Below, piece after piece: positions 1 to 15,280 of a stretch of 64,000 nt of DNA. Source of the DNA: the human T2T-CHM13v2.0 reference genome, Homo sapiens. Each line of letters opens with the position of its first letter. The stretch's first letter is position 1. Location of the stretch: the NCBI RefSeq assembly GCF_009914755.1, contig NC_060941.1; one strand, given 5' to 3'. The position numbers were made by a program, and so were the translations under genes. Under the pieces are notes generated by a model. That model was not told where the DNA came from, ran no database searches, and saw only the letters and a list, made by a program, of their open reading frames with translations.

Positions 1-694
1 GCCAGATGGAAACCTGAGTCTGACACCAGAGACCATGCCCTCGGTGCTCACCCCTGCTCTCTGCCTTTCCTTACTACCTTGGGGACATCAAGACAGACAG
101 GCTTCCTTGTGACCCTGATGCCCATGTGGTGCAGGCCATGGTTGGGTGGATATTTTGAGTTCTGAGGAAAGTGCATTTTCACGCACAAGTTGCCAGAAAC
201 ACAACTGCATTTTATCTTGGGGGTGTCCATGAGAATGTCTTTAGCATGGTAAAGTATTCCCTCTGCTTTAAGTGGGGGCCCAGAGCTGCGCCACACCAGC
301 GTGCAACAGAACACGGCCAGCTGAGCATCGGAGCAATGACGGAGGCCAGCTCCCCGTATCCACGTGACACAGGCCAAGAAAACCCACAAAACCCACAACT
401 GCCATGTGCCAGGTGCCTAGAGTCCCACACTACATGGGCCCTCACCCTGGACAAACACACAGCCACTACCACATCACCTGTCAGATTTGGGCTGAGGGCG
501 CTTCAGAAAAAGCTGCCGGTCCCTGTGGCCTGTTTGGTCATCCCGTTACCTCCGGGGCCTAGCTCTCTAAGGACAAGACACAAATAATCTCAGCTCCCTG
601 GAGATGTTGGATGGGCAGTGAAAGCCAGTATGATGGGAGATGGGAATGAACACAAAAGAAGTCCCTAAAAGCGAGGAATCTGCCGCTGACTGAC

Positions 695-793
695 CTTTGG
701 AGAGACGACTTTGATTAACTCATTCAAAAAGCGGAACTTCCCCACTTCGTTATGAAATCTCCTCCCACAGTTCTTCATGCATGCCTCCAGCAC
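695..793 (-). CDS. GGA3: GGA3 coding exon 4 (VLEACMKNCGRRFHNEVGKFRFLNELIKVVSPK); gene continues beyond the left edge
   Basis: 99 nt, phase 0-0; tacag| acceptor and |gtcagt donor; peptide visible in ORF 665..967. Confidence 0.95.
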
Positions 794-1380
794 CTGTAGC
801 CGCACAGAGGAGAGGCGCTCAGTGAGGGCGCGCTCGGGGCTGGAACCTGGCACTGGCAAGATCCCTGGCACCCAGAGAGTACTGAATAAACACGCCCACA
901 GGAAGGAGCTCATCACGAAAAGCAGTGTGCACTGCCCGGGGACAGTGTAATTAAGCAACGAGATCACTCACAGACCATGTCCCTCCAACTGCAAACCTCT
1001 GCTGGGGAAGCTGGGCAGGGACTAAAGCAAGAAACCCCGAGACCCCGACCCCAAGAAGGCCTGGATGCCAGTCCTGGAAGGTGCCTTCCTTAAAGATTCT
1101 GGCCTCGTGTTTTACAATGAGGGAGGTGAGGTCCAGGGACAAAGTTTCTCTGACTTGGTGTCCTGGGTTTTTTCCACAAGCTCACCAACAATTGTGCAGG
1201 GAATGGGAGGGATGTTTAAATCCTATTATCTGTGAGAAAGATGACAGGATATTTCTCCTCCCTCCGCTTATCTCCCTAACTCACGCTTTGGCTTTCCTGT
1301 GCTGCCTGTGGTCCCTGGCACTGCGGTTTCTAAGGGGGAGTGCACTGTCCAGGCTCTCTTTCTTGGCTTCTGCATTTTAA

Positions 1381-1819
<439 letters not shown>

Positions 1820-2584
1820 TGAATTCCCTTAAGCGATCCTCCCGGCCTAGGCCCCACAGGGTGCTGGGACTATAGGTACAAGCCACCGTGCCCTGCTGAG
1901 AATCACTGTTTTAAGGAATTCGTTCTACAGCAAATATGACTGAGGGGTGCATGTGAACCAGATGATATTTCCTCTTTTCGCTTTCCAGGACCTGAATGCA
2001 GTCAGGCTAGAGCCCCGGATTCCTCAGATCTCGGCTGCTCTTTGTTTTCGGAGCATGTGGAGGCACTGAGGGCCAGGCACCATTCCACACCTTAAATTCC
2101 CTCAGTCTGAACAGACACCAGGATCTGCCCTAGGGGCCTCAGCCATCAGTGCGACACCTTCGCTAGTGACTGGCATTGTTTAACTACAGAATGAACTGGA
2201 CCGACCCCTCTTTTCTTCAGCTGGCCAGCTCTGAACTATCAACACAGCCCTGTCAGCATCTCTTCACCAAGCCTTCTCTTGCGCCACATGGGGCTCAGGG
2301 CCCTGACTCTGGGCTGCTTTCCTTAGCCCCTCTGCCTCACACACTAACCATGTGGCCATGCTGGCAGGGACGGCACTGCAGTCACCTCTGAGGCCTCAGG
2401 GCCTGGCACAATGCACACAGATTTGTGGAACAGCTGGCTGAACAGATTCGAGATCTATCTAGTCTGTATCAAGGACTTTCTGTTGGCTTTTGGCATGAGC
2501 CCTAAGAACCGCTATGGGGACACGAGGAATGGCGTGGGCAGGTGAAGGGCTGCGGTTTCCACCTCCGGAGAGTGAAGGACCTAC

Positions 2585-2660
2585 CGTCAGGGCCTGGAGC
2601 GCCTCCCATTCCTGTGGGGACTGGATCTTGTGGGCCAGCAGTCGGACGGCGATCTGTGGC
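2585..2660 (-). CDS. GGA3: GGA3 coding exon 3 (PQIAVRLLAHKIQSPQEWEALQALT)
   Basis: 76 nt; ccccag| acceptor and |gtaggt donor; peptide visible in ORF 2459..2692. Confidence 0.95.
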
Positions 2661-2787
2661 CTGGGGGACAAGCAGAACACACTCCAGTGCACTAAGCCTG
2701 GGGCTACCTGGCTGGCCCTCCTTGGCCATGGTTGTTCCCCTTCCCAGTCCGCTCCCTCTCAGCTGCCCCCACAGTGCTGAGACTCAC

Positions 2788-2872
2788 CCTTCCAGCTCCT
2801 TGTTGATCTGATCACAGAAGCCAATTATGTATTCCCAGTCCTCCTGGCGGTTGGAAGGATTGGTGGCTTTAT
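2788..2872 (-). CDS. GGA3: GGA3 coding exon 2 (VHS domain; NKATNPSNRQEDWEYIIGFCDQINKELEG)
   Basis: 85 nt; ttgcaag| acceptor and |gtgagt donor; phase matches exons 1 and 3. Confidence 0.95.
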
Positions 2873-3390
2873 CTTGCAACACAACAAAGGAGAGGACAAG
2901 TGTTAGGAAGAGCAATGAGGATGCAATGGGAGGTTTTCTTCGCAAGTTTTAAGCACTAAGAGTTTGCTTTCAACTTTACTCTCTAATAGAGAAGCCTCAG
3001 TAGAACAGTCAGTAGCAAGGAGACAGAAAAAAAAAAAATTCAGTCGGAGAGCAAATACAAATACTGCTTTCTGTCCAGTATTTTGAAAGTCACAAATAAA
3101 AGAGAAAACAAATTCTGTCTCATGAAGCTTAGAGTGGAATCAAGGTCAAAAGGACAAACACAAATAATTAAAATATTCCCAAAAAAATGCCTACATGAAA
3201 CATGTAAAGATAATAAAGGGAACTCCAGCTATATAAAAATGAGCTCAGTGTTAAGCAAGTGGAGATGGTCAAGAAGGGTTTTTGGGGAAACTGAAATCAG
3301 ATTGAACTAGATAAAAAAATACATATTTATAACCACAAATTTTTTTTTTTTTTTTGACATGGAGTCTCGTTCTTGTTGCCCAGGCTGTAG

Positions 3391-3519
<129 letters not shown>

Positions 3520-4359
3520 TAGAGACGGGGTTTCTCCATGTTGGTCAGGCTGGTCTCAAACTCCCGACCTCAGGTGATCGGCCCGCCTTGGCCTCCCAAA
3601 GTGCTGGGATTACAGGCGTGAGTCACCGCGCCCAGCGAATATTTTCCACATACCTGTCAAAAGGTTTTTCCAGACCTAGCCTTCCATAATGCTTTAAGTG
3701 TTTTTGAAATTGCACATAATGCTCATCATTGTCAAGCCAACAACATTTACTTAGCCCCTACTAAGCCCTGGTCACCGTGCAACTTGCCTGGGATTGCAGC
3801 TTGAGTATCTAGCACCCCCAGGCTCTAATGGCCTTCCATGGTCAAGCACAAACACAAGTACTAGAGTTCTCAGAGGGCCCCTGGGATTTAAAATCCAGGC
3901 ACCAAATGCAAAGTTCTGATATTTGGCATGGGCTCTCCTCAGTTACCTTCCCAAACCTGTGATTACACTGAAGAGCCCAGCTGAGGGTGGTTACATGGGT
4001 TCCCATCTCTGATTCAGGTCCAGAGCCTCCCTCTTCAGAAAGCACTCTCCAGCTGTTTGCTAAATTTAGGGCTTTGGGTTCTGAAGACAAATGGAAGGCT
4101 GAAGACGCACACCCCTTAAAACACTCCTGCTCCCTCCCCAGATCTCTATGAGGGCCCAAAGCAGGGTGTCAGAGCCCCTCCCGACAAGGCCCTCTCTGTC
4201 ATTACTTTCTGAATTCTGATTTCTCATAATTGTATTTTGTTAACTTTAAAAATCACCAGCTACGGGGCCGGGCGTGGTGGCTCACGCCTGTAATCCCAGC
4301 ACTTTGGGAGGCCGAGGCGGGCGGATCACGAGGTCAGGAGATCGAGACCATCCTGGTTA

Positions 4360-4964
<605 letters not shown>

Positions 4965-5122
4965 TCACTGGCAACAGGGCTGCAGGGATCTGAGTAGCGA
5001 CAGCTGCCAGGCAGAGGGAAGGCCCGTGGCACCCAGTGTATCACCCTGCTTCCCAGGTCGGGGCTCGGCCTCCCCGGCAGTGTTTCTGTTGTGGCTGCAA
5101 GGGGAAGATTCTGATGGTTTAG

Positions 5123-5428
<306 letters not shown>

Positions 5429-6559
5429 TAGGTTCCTCTTTAGAAGAAAAAGAAGGTGTCTGTCTTCAATCTTGAAAGAGAATTAACAGGTCCTTCAAAA
5501 TCTGGAGCTTGAAAGGAGGGGAGTTAAATGTAATCAAGGGTAGCCATTTGGAAAGAAATGTCTGGCAATCCTGCATTACTGTATGGTAGCCTACCAGCTA
5601 TCACATTCCAAATGCCAAGTCTCTCCCACCAATTGTCTGAAATTTCCTCAGGCATTAGCGTAGCTCTGTTACTAATTCCTATCAGGTGCTTAAAGTTCTC
5701 ACATAACACCAAAAGTCTACAGGGTACAAAAATTGAATGGTCTGAGAAGCAATCCCCATCCCCCAGGGCTATTATTTTGGGAACAGTCATACACCTTGTG
5801 ACAGAAGAAAAACTGGCCCACTCACTTTCACTTTTTGCACGGGGAAAAGCATCTTCTGAGTACAGAGTAAAATGTGGATCCCCCCAACCCCCGAAGCAAC
5901 TGGTATTCACCATACGTTATCTTCTTCCCAAGTCTATTAGACTTCCAACAGCATTTCTACTTCCAAGAACACTCCTGCCCACTTTTCACTTGTATTAATT
6001 TCTCTAGAATCTCACTTTCTTCCACCTTGATAGACCTTTTTATGGCAAATCCACAGGGAGCTCTTTGCCTACTCACGGGCACAAAAAGCCCTAGTTTCTG
6101 CAATGGTCAGTTCCATGTCTATCTCCTCCAGCTCTCTGGGCAGCTCAGAAAGCAGAGCTCACCCGCCCACAGGAACGGGAAGGAACCTCTGGGGATAATT
6201 CTGGGTGACTTGATCTTTCCATCTGCCTACTGCCTCCCCAGCAGATGCACACAGCCTCCCACCCACTCAACATTTCCTTCACCTGGCATAGAGGTGACAC
6301 CCGAGCTTCCCCTATAGACCTTGCCTTCCCGAACCGCCCCTCCGGGCTCTGCTCTGACTCATGGTTTCTGTCTATTTTCGAGTCTCTGTTGAAAGCCTCA
6401 TCTGTTTCTGTGTCTCTGGATTTCCTGCTTTCATTTTTCAGCTTCACTCCATCGCTAGCCTACTCTCGTGGGACTTAAAACGTCATGTGGGGATGGAAAC
6501 AGCAGCATTGGGTACCCCATTCCAGCACGGCTCAAACATTCCAGAGAAAACAAGATCTA

Positions 6560-6703
<144 letters not shown>

Positions 6704-6706
6704 CTA

Positions 6707-6940
<234 letters not shown>

Positions 6941-6943
6941 TCA

Positions 6944-7285
<342 letters not shown>

Positions 7286-7604
7286 TCACCAAGTCTTTGT
7301 TAAGCACCCGCAGACAATGAAGTAAACAGCATGTCAGCATGCCAGACCCTGGAGGGACTACAGAAAAAGTTCCAGACACAGATTTTACCCTCAAGGAGGC
7401 TGTGCTCTCCTGGTTCAATACATGAAAAAAAAAAAAAATCAGTTCAAAAAACAAGACAGTAGATAATTGGGCTAATTTGGTACAGAAATGAGTGTAAAAA
7501 CAAATGTATGGCCCAGGCACGGTGGCTCACACCCGCAATCCCAGCATTTTGAGAGGCTGAGGTGGGTGGATCGCGAGGTCAGGAGTTCAAGACCAGCCTG
7601 GCTA

Positions 7605-7817
<213 letters not shown>

Positions 7818-8706
7818 TCACTTCTTTTTCCTGACTTCCCCATTTCTTTTTCTTCTTCCTTTTTTTTTCTTTTTTGAGACAGGGTCTCACTCTGTCACTC
7901 AGGCAAGAGTGCAGTGGTGCGATCATGGCTTCACTGTAGCCTCAACTTCCCAGGCTCAGATGATTCTTCTACCTCAGCCTAGCTGGGACCACAGACACTC
8001 ACATCACACCTAGCTAATTTTTTGTACTTTTGGTAGAGACAGAATTTTGCCATGTTGCTCAGGCTGGTCTTGAACTCCTAGGCTCAAGCAATCTGCCTGC
8101 CTTTAACTCCCAAGGTGCTAGGATTACAGGTGTGAGTCCCAGTGCCTGGCGTCTTTCGTTTTTTTTTTTCTTTTTTGTTGTTTGAGACGGGGTCTCACTC
8201 TGTCACCCAGGTTGGAGTGCAGTGGCTCTTACAGCTCACTGCAGTCTCTGCCTCCCAGGCTCAAGTGATCCTCCCACCTCAACCTCCTGAGTAGCTGGGA
8301 CCACCCACAGGCGTGTGCTTGTTCTTTTTTTAGAGATGGGGGTCTCACTCTATTGCCCCGGGCTGCAGTAGGCGATCATGGCTCACTGTAGCCTCCAACT
8401 CCTGGGCTCAGGCGATGCTCCCACCTCAGCCTCCTGAGTAGCTGGGACCACAGGAATGAGCCACTGCATGTGGTCTATTAAGTCACTATTCCTATAAATG
8501 CTGCACCTTCCAAAAGTCCCCTATTCCCCCACCTCTTTTTTGACTCCTTCTTCCCTCTCTCCTCATCCATTCCTCTCAGTCTTGTGGTCCTTTCCTTCTC
8601 AATGTCTTCTTAAATCCCTTCCTTCCTTATCCCTACCCTCCACTCCTTCTCACCTGCTTCTAGAACTTCTGTTCTAATCCATCCTAATCCTATGTAAAGT
8701 CCCTAT

Positions 8707-9139
8707 TGTCAGGCCTCTGAGCCCAAGCCAAGCCATGGCATCCCCTATGACTTGCACGTATACATCCAGATGGCCTGAAGTAACTGAAGATCCACAAAAG
8801 ATGTAAAAATAGCCTTACCTGATGACATTCCAGCATTGTGATTTGTTTCTGCCCCACCCTAACTGATCAATGTACTTTGTAATCTCCCCCACCCTTAAGA
8901 AGGTTCTTCGTAATTCTCCCCACCCTTGAGAATGTACTTTGTGAGATCCATCCCTGCCCGCAAAACATTGCTCTTAACTTCACCGCCTATCCCAAAACCT
9001 GTAAGAACTAATGATAATCCACCACACCCTTTGCTGACTCTCTTTTCGGACTCAGCCCGCCTGCATCCAGGTGAAATAAACAGCCATGTTGCTCACACAA
9101 AGCCTGTTTGGTGGTCTCTTCACATGGACGCGCATGAAA
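8707..9139 (+). repeat. HERV-H 5' LTR (LTR7 family, probably LTR7B/type II)
   Basis: Runs TGTCAGGCCTCTGAGCCCAAGCC...CGCATGAAA; about 30-bp U3 repeats (tactttgtaatctcccccacccttaagaagg); AATAAA at 9075-9080. The subfamily call is from memory of the consensus. Confidence 0.92.
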
Positions 9140-9141
9140 TT

Positions 9142-9159
9142 TGGTGCCATGACTCGGAT
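9142..9159 (+). other. Primer-binding site complementary to the tRNA-His 3' end
   Basis: TGGTGCCATGACTCGGAT lies 2 nt after the 5' LTR; one CpG-type mismatch from TGGTGCCGTGACTCGGAT. Confidence 0.9.
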
Positions 9160-9896
9160 CGCGGGACCTCCCTTGGGAGATCAATCCCCTGTCCTCCTGT
9201 TCTTTGCTCCGTGAAAAAGATCCACCTACGACCTCAGGTCCTCAGACCCACCAGCCCAAGGAACATCTCACCAATTTTAAATCAGGTAGGCGGCCTCTTC
9301 TTACTCTCTTCTCCAACCTCTCTCACTATCCCTCAACCACTTTCTCCTTTCCACTCTTCAATCTCTCCCTTCTCTTAATTTCAATTCCTTTCATTTTCTG
9401 GTAGAGACAAACGAGACACGTTTTATCCGTGGACCCAAAACTCTGGCGCTGGTCACAGACTGGGAAGGCAGCCTTTCCTTGGTGTTTAATCATTGCAGGG
9501 ACACCTCTCTGATTATTCACTCACGTTTCAAAGGTGTCAGACCACTCAGGGACGCCTGCCTTGGTCCTTCACCCTTAGCGGCAAGTCCTGCTTTTCTGGG
9601 GGAGGGGCAAGTACCACAACCCCTTCTCTCCGTGTCTCTACCCCTTCTCTGCATTTCTGGGGGAGGGGCAAGTACCCCTCAACCCCTTCTCCTTCACCCT
9701 TAGCGGTAAGTCCCGCTTTTCTAGGGGGCAAGAACCCCCAATCCCTTATTTCCACACCCCGACCTCTTATCTGTGTGCCCCAATCCCTTATTTCCACACC
9801 CTGACCCCTTTCCTGCTTTTCTGGAGGGTAAGAACCCTCGAACCCCTTCCCTCCGTGTCTCTACTCTCTCTTTTCTCTGGGCTTGCCTCCTTTACT

Positions 9897-11135
9897 ATGG
9901 GCAACCTTCCAGCCTCCATTCCTCCTTCTCCCTTAGCCTGTGTTCTCAAGAACTTAAAACCTCGTCAACTCGCACCTGACCTAAAACCTAAATGCCTTAT
10001 TTTCTTCTGCAACACCGCTTGGCCCCAGTACAAACTTGACAATGGCTCTAAATGGCCAGAAAACGGCACTTTCGATTTCTCCATCCTATAAGACCTAAAT
10101 AATTTTTGTCAAAAAATGGGCAAATGGTCTGAGGTGCCTCACATCCAGGCATTTTTCACACTTCGTTCCCTCTCAAGTCTCTGTTCCCAATGCGATTCCT
10201 CCCAAATCCTCCTTCTTTCCCTCCCGCCTGTCCCCTCAGTCCCAACCCCAAGTGTCCCTGGGTCTTTCCAGTCTTTTCTACAGACCCATCTGACCTTTCC
10301 CCTTCTCCTCAGGCTGCTCGTCGCCAGGCCATCTAGGTCCCAATTCTTCCTCAGCCTCTGCTCCTCCACCCTAGAATCCTTTTATCACCTCCCCTCCTCA
10401 CACCTGGTCCAGCTTACAGTTTCGTTCAGTGACTGGCCCTCCCCCACCTGCCCAGCAATTTACTCTTAAAAAGGTGGCTGGAGCTAAAGGCATAGTCAAG
10501 GTTAATGCTCCTTTTTCTTTATCCCAAATCAGAAGCGTTTAGGCTCTTTTTCATCAAATATAAAAATCCAGCCCAGTTCATGGCTCGTTCGGCAGCAACC
10601 CTGAGACGCTTTACAGCCCTAGACCCTAAGAGGTCAAAGGGCCGTCTTATTCTCAATATACGTTTTATTACCCAATCTGCTCCCGACATTAAATAAAACT
10701 CCAAAAATTAAATTCCGGCCCTCAAACCCCACAACAGGACTTAATTAACCTCGCCTTCAAGGTGTACAATAATAGAGTAGAGGCAGCCAAGTAACAACAT
10801 ATTTCTGAGTTGCAATTCCTTACCTCCACTGTGAGACAAACCCCAGCTACATCTCCAGCACACAAGAACTTCCAAACGCCTAAACCGCAGTGGCCAGGCA
10901 TTCCTCCATAACTGCCTCCCCCAGGAGCTTGCTACAAGTGCCAGAAATCTGGCCACCGAGCCAAGGAATGCCCGCAGCCCGGGATTCCTCCTAAGCGAGT
11001 GCCATCTGTGTGGGACCCCACTGAAAATTGGACTGTTCAACTCACCTGACAGCCACTCCCAGAGCCCCTGGAACTCTGGCCCAAGGCTCTCTGACTCCTT
11101 CCCAGATCTTCTCGGCTTAACGGCTGAAGACTGAC
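9897..11135 (+). pseudogene. Disrupted HERV-H gag
   Basis: MGNLPASIPPSPLACVLKNL...FFCNTAWPQYKLDNGSKWPENGTFD (matrix-like), then stops and frameshifts; CCHC knuckle CYKCQKSGHRAKEC near 10930-10972. Confidence 0.85.
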
Positions 11136-11159
11136 GCTGCCCGATCGCCTCGGAAGCCC

Positions 11160-13330
11160 CATAGACCATCACAGATGCCGAGCTTTAGGTAACTCTCACA
11201 GTGGAGAGTAAGTCCGTCCTCTTCTTAATCAATACGGAGGCTACCCACTCCACATTACCTTCTTTTCAAGGGCCTGTTTCCCTTGCCTCCATAACTGTTG
11301 TGGGTATTGACAGCCAGGCTTCTAAACCTCTTAAAACTCCCCAACTCTGGTGCCAACTTAGACAATACTCTTTAAAGCACTCCTTTTTAGTTATCCCCAC
11401 CTGCCCAGTTCCCTTATTAGGCCGAGACACTTTAACTAAATTATCTGCTTCCCTGACTATTCCTGGGTTACAGCTACATCTCATTGCTGCCCTTTCCAAT
11501 CCAAAGCCTCCTTTGCGTCCTCCTCTTGTATTCCCCCCCACCTTAACCCACAAGTATAAGATACCTCTACTCCCTCCTTGGCGACCGATCATGCACCCCT
11601 TACCATCTCATTAAAACCTAATCACCCTTACCCCGCTCAATGCCAATATCCCATCCCACAGTATGCTTTGAAAGGAGTAAAGCCTGTTATCACATGCCTG
11701 CTACAGCATGGCCTTTTAAAGCCTATAAACTCTCCTTACAATTCCCCCATTTTACCTGTCCTAAAACCAGACAAGCCTTACAAGTTAGTTCAGGATCTAT
11801 GCCTTATCAACCAAATTGTTTTGCCTATCCACCCCATGGTGCCAAACCATATACTCTCCTATCCTCAATACCTCCCTCCACAATCCATTATTCTGTTCTG
11901 GATCTCAAACATGCTTTCTTTACAATTCCTTTGCACCCGTCATCCCAGCCTCTCTTTGCTTTCACTTGGACTGACCCTGACATCCATTAGGCTCAGCAAA
12001 TTACCTGGGCTGTACTGCTGCAAGGCTTCACAGACAGCCCCCATTACTTCAGTCAAGCCCAAATTTCATCCTCATCTGTTACCTATCTCGGCATAATTCT
12101 CATGAAAACACACGTGCTCTCCCTGCTGATCGTGTCCGATTAATCTCCCAAACCTCAATCCCTTACAAAACAACAACTCCTTTCCTTCCTAGGCATGGTT
12201 AGTGTGTCAGAATTCTTACACAAGAGCCAGGACCGCACCCTGTAGTCTTTCTGCCCAAACAACTTGACCTTACTGTTTTAGCCTAGCCCTCATGTCTGCT
12301 TGCAGTGGCTGCCGCTGCTTTAATACTTTTAGAGGCCCTAAAAATAACAAACTATGCTCAACTCACTCTCTACATTTCTCATAACTTCCAATATTATTTT
12401 CTTCCTCATACCTGATGCATATACTTTCTGCTCCCCGGCTCCTTCAGCTGTACTCACTCTTTGTTAAGTCCCACAATTACCACTGTTCCTGGCCCGGACC
12501 TCAATCTGGCCTCCCACATTATTCCTGATACCACACCTGACCCCCATGACTGTATCTCTCTGATCCACCTGACATTCACCCCATTTCCCCATATTTCCTT
12601 CTTTCCTGTTCCTCACCCTGATCACGCTTGATTTATTGATGGCAGTTCCAGCAGGCCTAATCGCCACACAGCAGCAAAGGCAGGCTATGCTATAGTACAA
12701 GCCACTAGCCCGCCTCTTAGAACCTCATTTCCTTTCCATTGTGGAAATCTGTCCTCAAGGAAATAACTTCTCAGTGTTCCATCTGCTATTCTACTACTCC
12801 TCAGGGATTATTCAGGCCCCCTCCCTTCCCTACACATCAAGCTTGAAGATTTGCCCCCACCCAGGACTGGCAAATTAGCTTTACTCAACATGCCCCGAGT
12901 CAGATAACTAAAATACCTCTTAGTCTAAGTAGACACTTTCACTAGGTAAGTAGAGGCCTTTCCTACAGGGTCTGAGAAGGCCACCGCAGTCATTTCTTCC
13001 CTTCGGTCAGACACAATTCCTCAGTTTAGCCTTCCCACCTCTATACAGTCTAACAGACCAGCCCTTATTAGTCAAATCAGCCAAGCAGTTTCTCAGGCTC
13101 TTAGTATTCAGTGAAACCTTTATATCCCTTACGGTCCTCCGTCTTCAAGAAAAGTAGAACGGACTAAAGGTCTTTTAAAAACACTTCACCAAGCTCAGCC
13201 ACCAACTTAAAAAGGACTGGACAATACTTTTACCACTTTCCCTTCTCAGAAGTCAGACCTGTCCTCAGAATGCTACAAGGTACAGCCCATTTAAGCTCCT
13301 GTATAGATGCTCCTTTTTATTAGGCCCCAG
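11160..13330 (+). pseudogene. Disrupted HERV-H pro-pol (protease, partial RT, RNase H and integrase remnants)
   Basis: FLINTEATHS is a degenerate D-T-G site and CPVPLLGRD follows; RT motifs [35 protein letters not shown] and LQGFTDSP; no YxDD seen; several frameshifts. Confidence 0.85.
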
Positions 13331-13942
13331 TCTCATTCCAGACACCAGACCAACTTAGACTGTGCCCCCCCCCCCACAAAAAAAACCTGTCATCATCCCT
13401 ACTATCTTCTGTCTAGTCATACTCCTATTCAACGTTCTCAACTACTCATACATGCCCTGCTCTTGTTTACACTGCTGGTTTACACTGTTTCTCCAAGCCA
13501 TCACAGGTGATATCTCCTCGTGCTATCCCCAAACTGCCACTCTTAACTCTTGAAGTAAATAAATAATCTTTGCTGGCAGGACTATGCTGAATCTCCTTAG
13601 GCACTCTCTAATCAGATGTCCTAGGTCCTCCCAATTCTTAGACCTTTTATACCTGTTTTTCTCCTTCTCTTATTCCACTTAGTTTTTCAATTCATACAAA
13701 ACCATATCCAGGCCATCACCAATCATTCTATACGACAAATGCTTCTTCTAACATCCCCACAAGATCTCCCTTCGGCTTAATCTCTCCCACTCTAGGTTCC
13801 CACGCCGCCCCTAATCCCACTTGAAGCAGCCCTGAGAAACATCGCCCATTCTCTCTCCATACCACCCCACAAAAATTTTCGCTGCCCCAACACTTCAACA
13901 CTATTTTGTTTTATTTTTCTTATTAATATAAGAAGGCAGGAA

Positions 13943-14371
13943 TGTCAGGCCTGAGCCCAAGCCAAGCCATCGCATCCCCTATGACTTGCACGTACACATC
14001 CAGATGGCCTGACGTAACTGAAGATCCACAAAAGAAGTAAAAATAGCCTTAACTGATGACATTCCACCATTGTGATTTGTTTCTGCCCCACCCTAACTGA
14101 TCAATGTACTTTGTAATCTCCCCCACCCTTAAGAAGGTTCTTCGTAATTCTCCCCACCCTTGAGAATGTACTTTGTGAGATCCATCCCTGCCCGCAAAAC
14201 ATTGCTCTTAACTTCACCGCCTATCCCAAAACCTGTAAGAACTAATGATAATCCACCACCCTTTGCTGACTCTCTTTTCGGACTCAGCCTGCCTGCATCC
14301 AGGTGAAATAAACAGCCATGTTGCTCACACAAAGCCTGTTTGGTAGTCTCTTCACACGGACGCGCATGAAA
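13943..14371 (+). repeat. HERV-H 3' LTR
   Basis: Copy of 8707-9139 with 9 substitutions and two 2-nt indels by manual alignment; AATAAA at 14307-14312. Confidence 0.92.
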
Positions 14372-14492
14372 CCTATATCAAATCAAGCCTCTTAAGACAC
14401 CAAAACACCGATTTCACCTAGTACAGAAGGAATGAGGGCCTGATAACTGCAGAAATTTAAACTTCTTCGGCTGGGCTGGGCGTGGTAGCTCA

Positions 14493-14864
<372 letters not shown>

Positions 14865-15008
14865 TTACTGTGTGCCCCAAACAGGTTTGCTCTCTCCACA
14901 TCACCATCTAGTGTTTTTTTTTTTTTCCAACTTTTCCCATTATTTAATGGCTAGCTCAAATGGAGTATCCTCAATGAATCATCTCTTCCCCCATCCCCAG
15001 TTCCCTAA

Positions 15009-15280
<272 letters not shown>

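Larger units (their letters stand above)
8707..14371 (+). mobile_element. HERV-H provirus (internally deleted RTVL-H type, 5665 bp) in GGA3 intron 1, antisense to GGA3
   Basis: Two near-identical LTRs; 5-bp TSD CCTAT at 8702-8706 and 14372-14376; tRNA-His PBS; PPT AAGAAGGCAGGAA at 13930-13942; gag, pro and pol remnants. Confidence 0.97.

Noticed and set aside
5524-6478. Cluster of 100-147 aa ORFs in a repeat-free part of GGA3 intron 1
   Set aside because: They overlap on both strands, resemble no protein I know, and show no poly-A or TSD for a processed pseudogene.
9560-9870. Short direct repeats in the proviral leader that look like an array
   Set aside because: Ordinary HERV-H leader repeats; they are degenerate and lack unique spacers, so not CRISPR-like.
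11201-12096. Possible functional retroviral protease or reverse transcriptase
   Set aside because: The catalytic DTG reads NTE, RT is frameshifted and lacks YxDD, and env is reduced to a short remnant.
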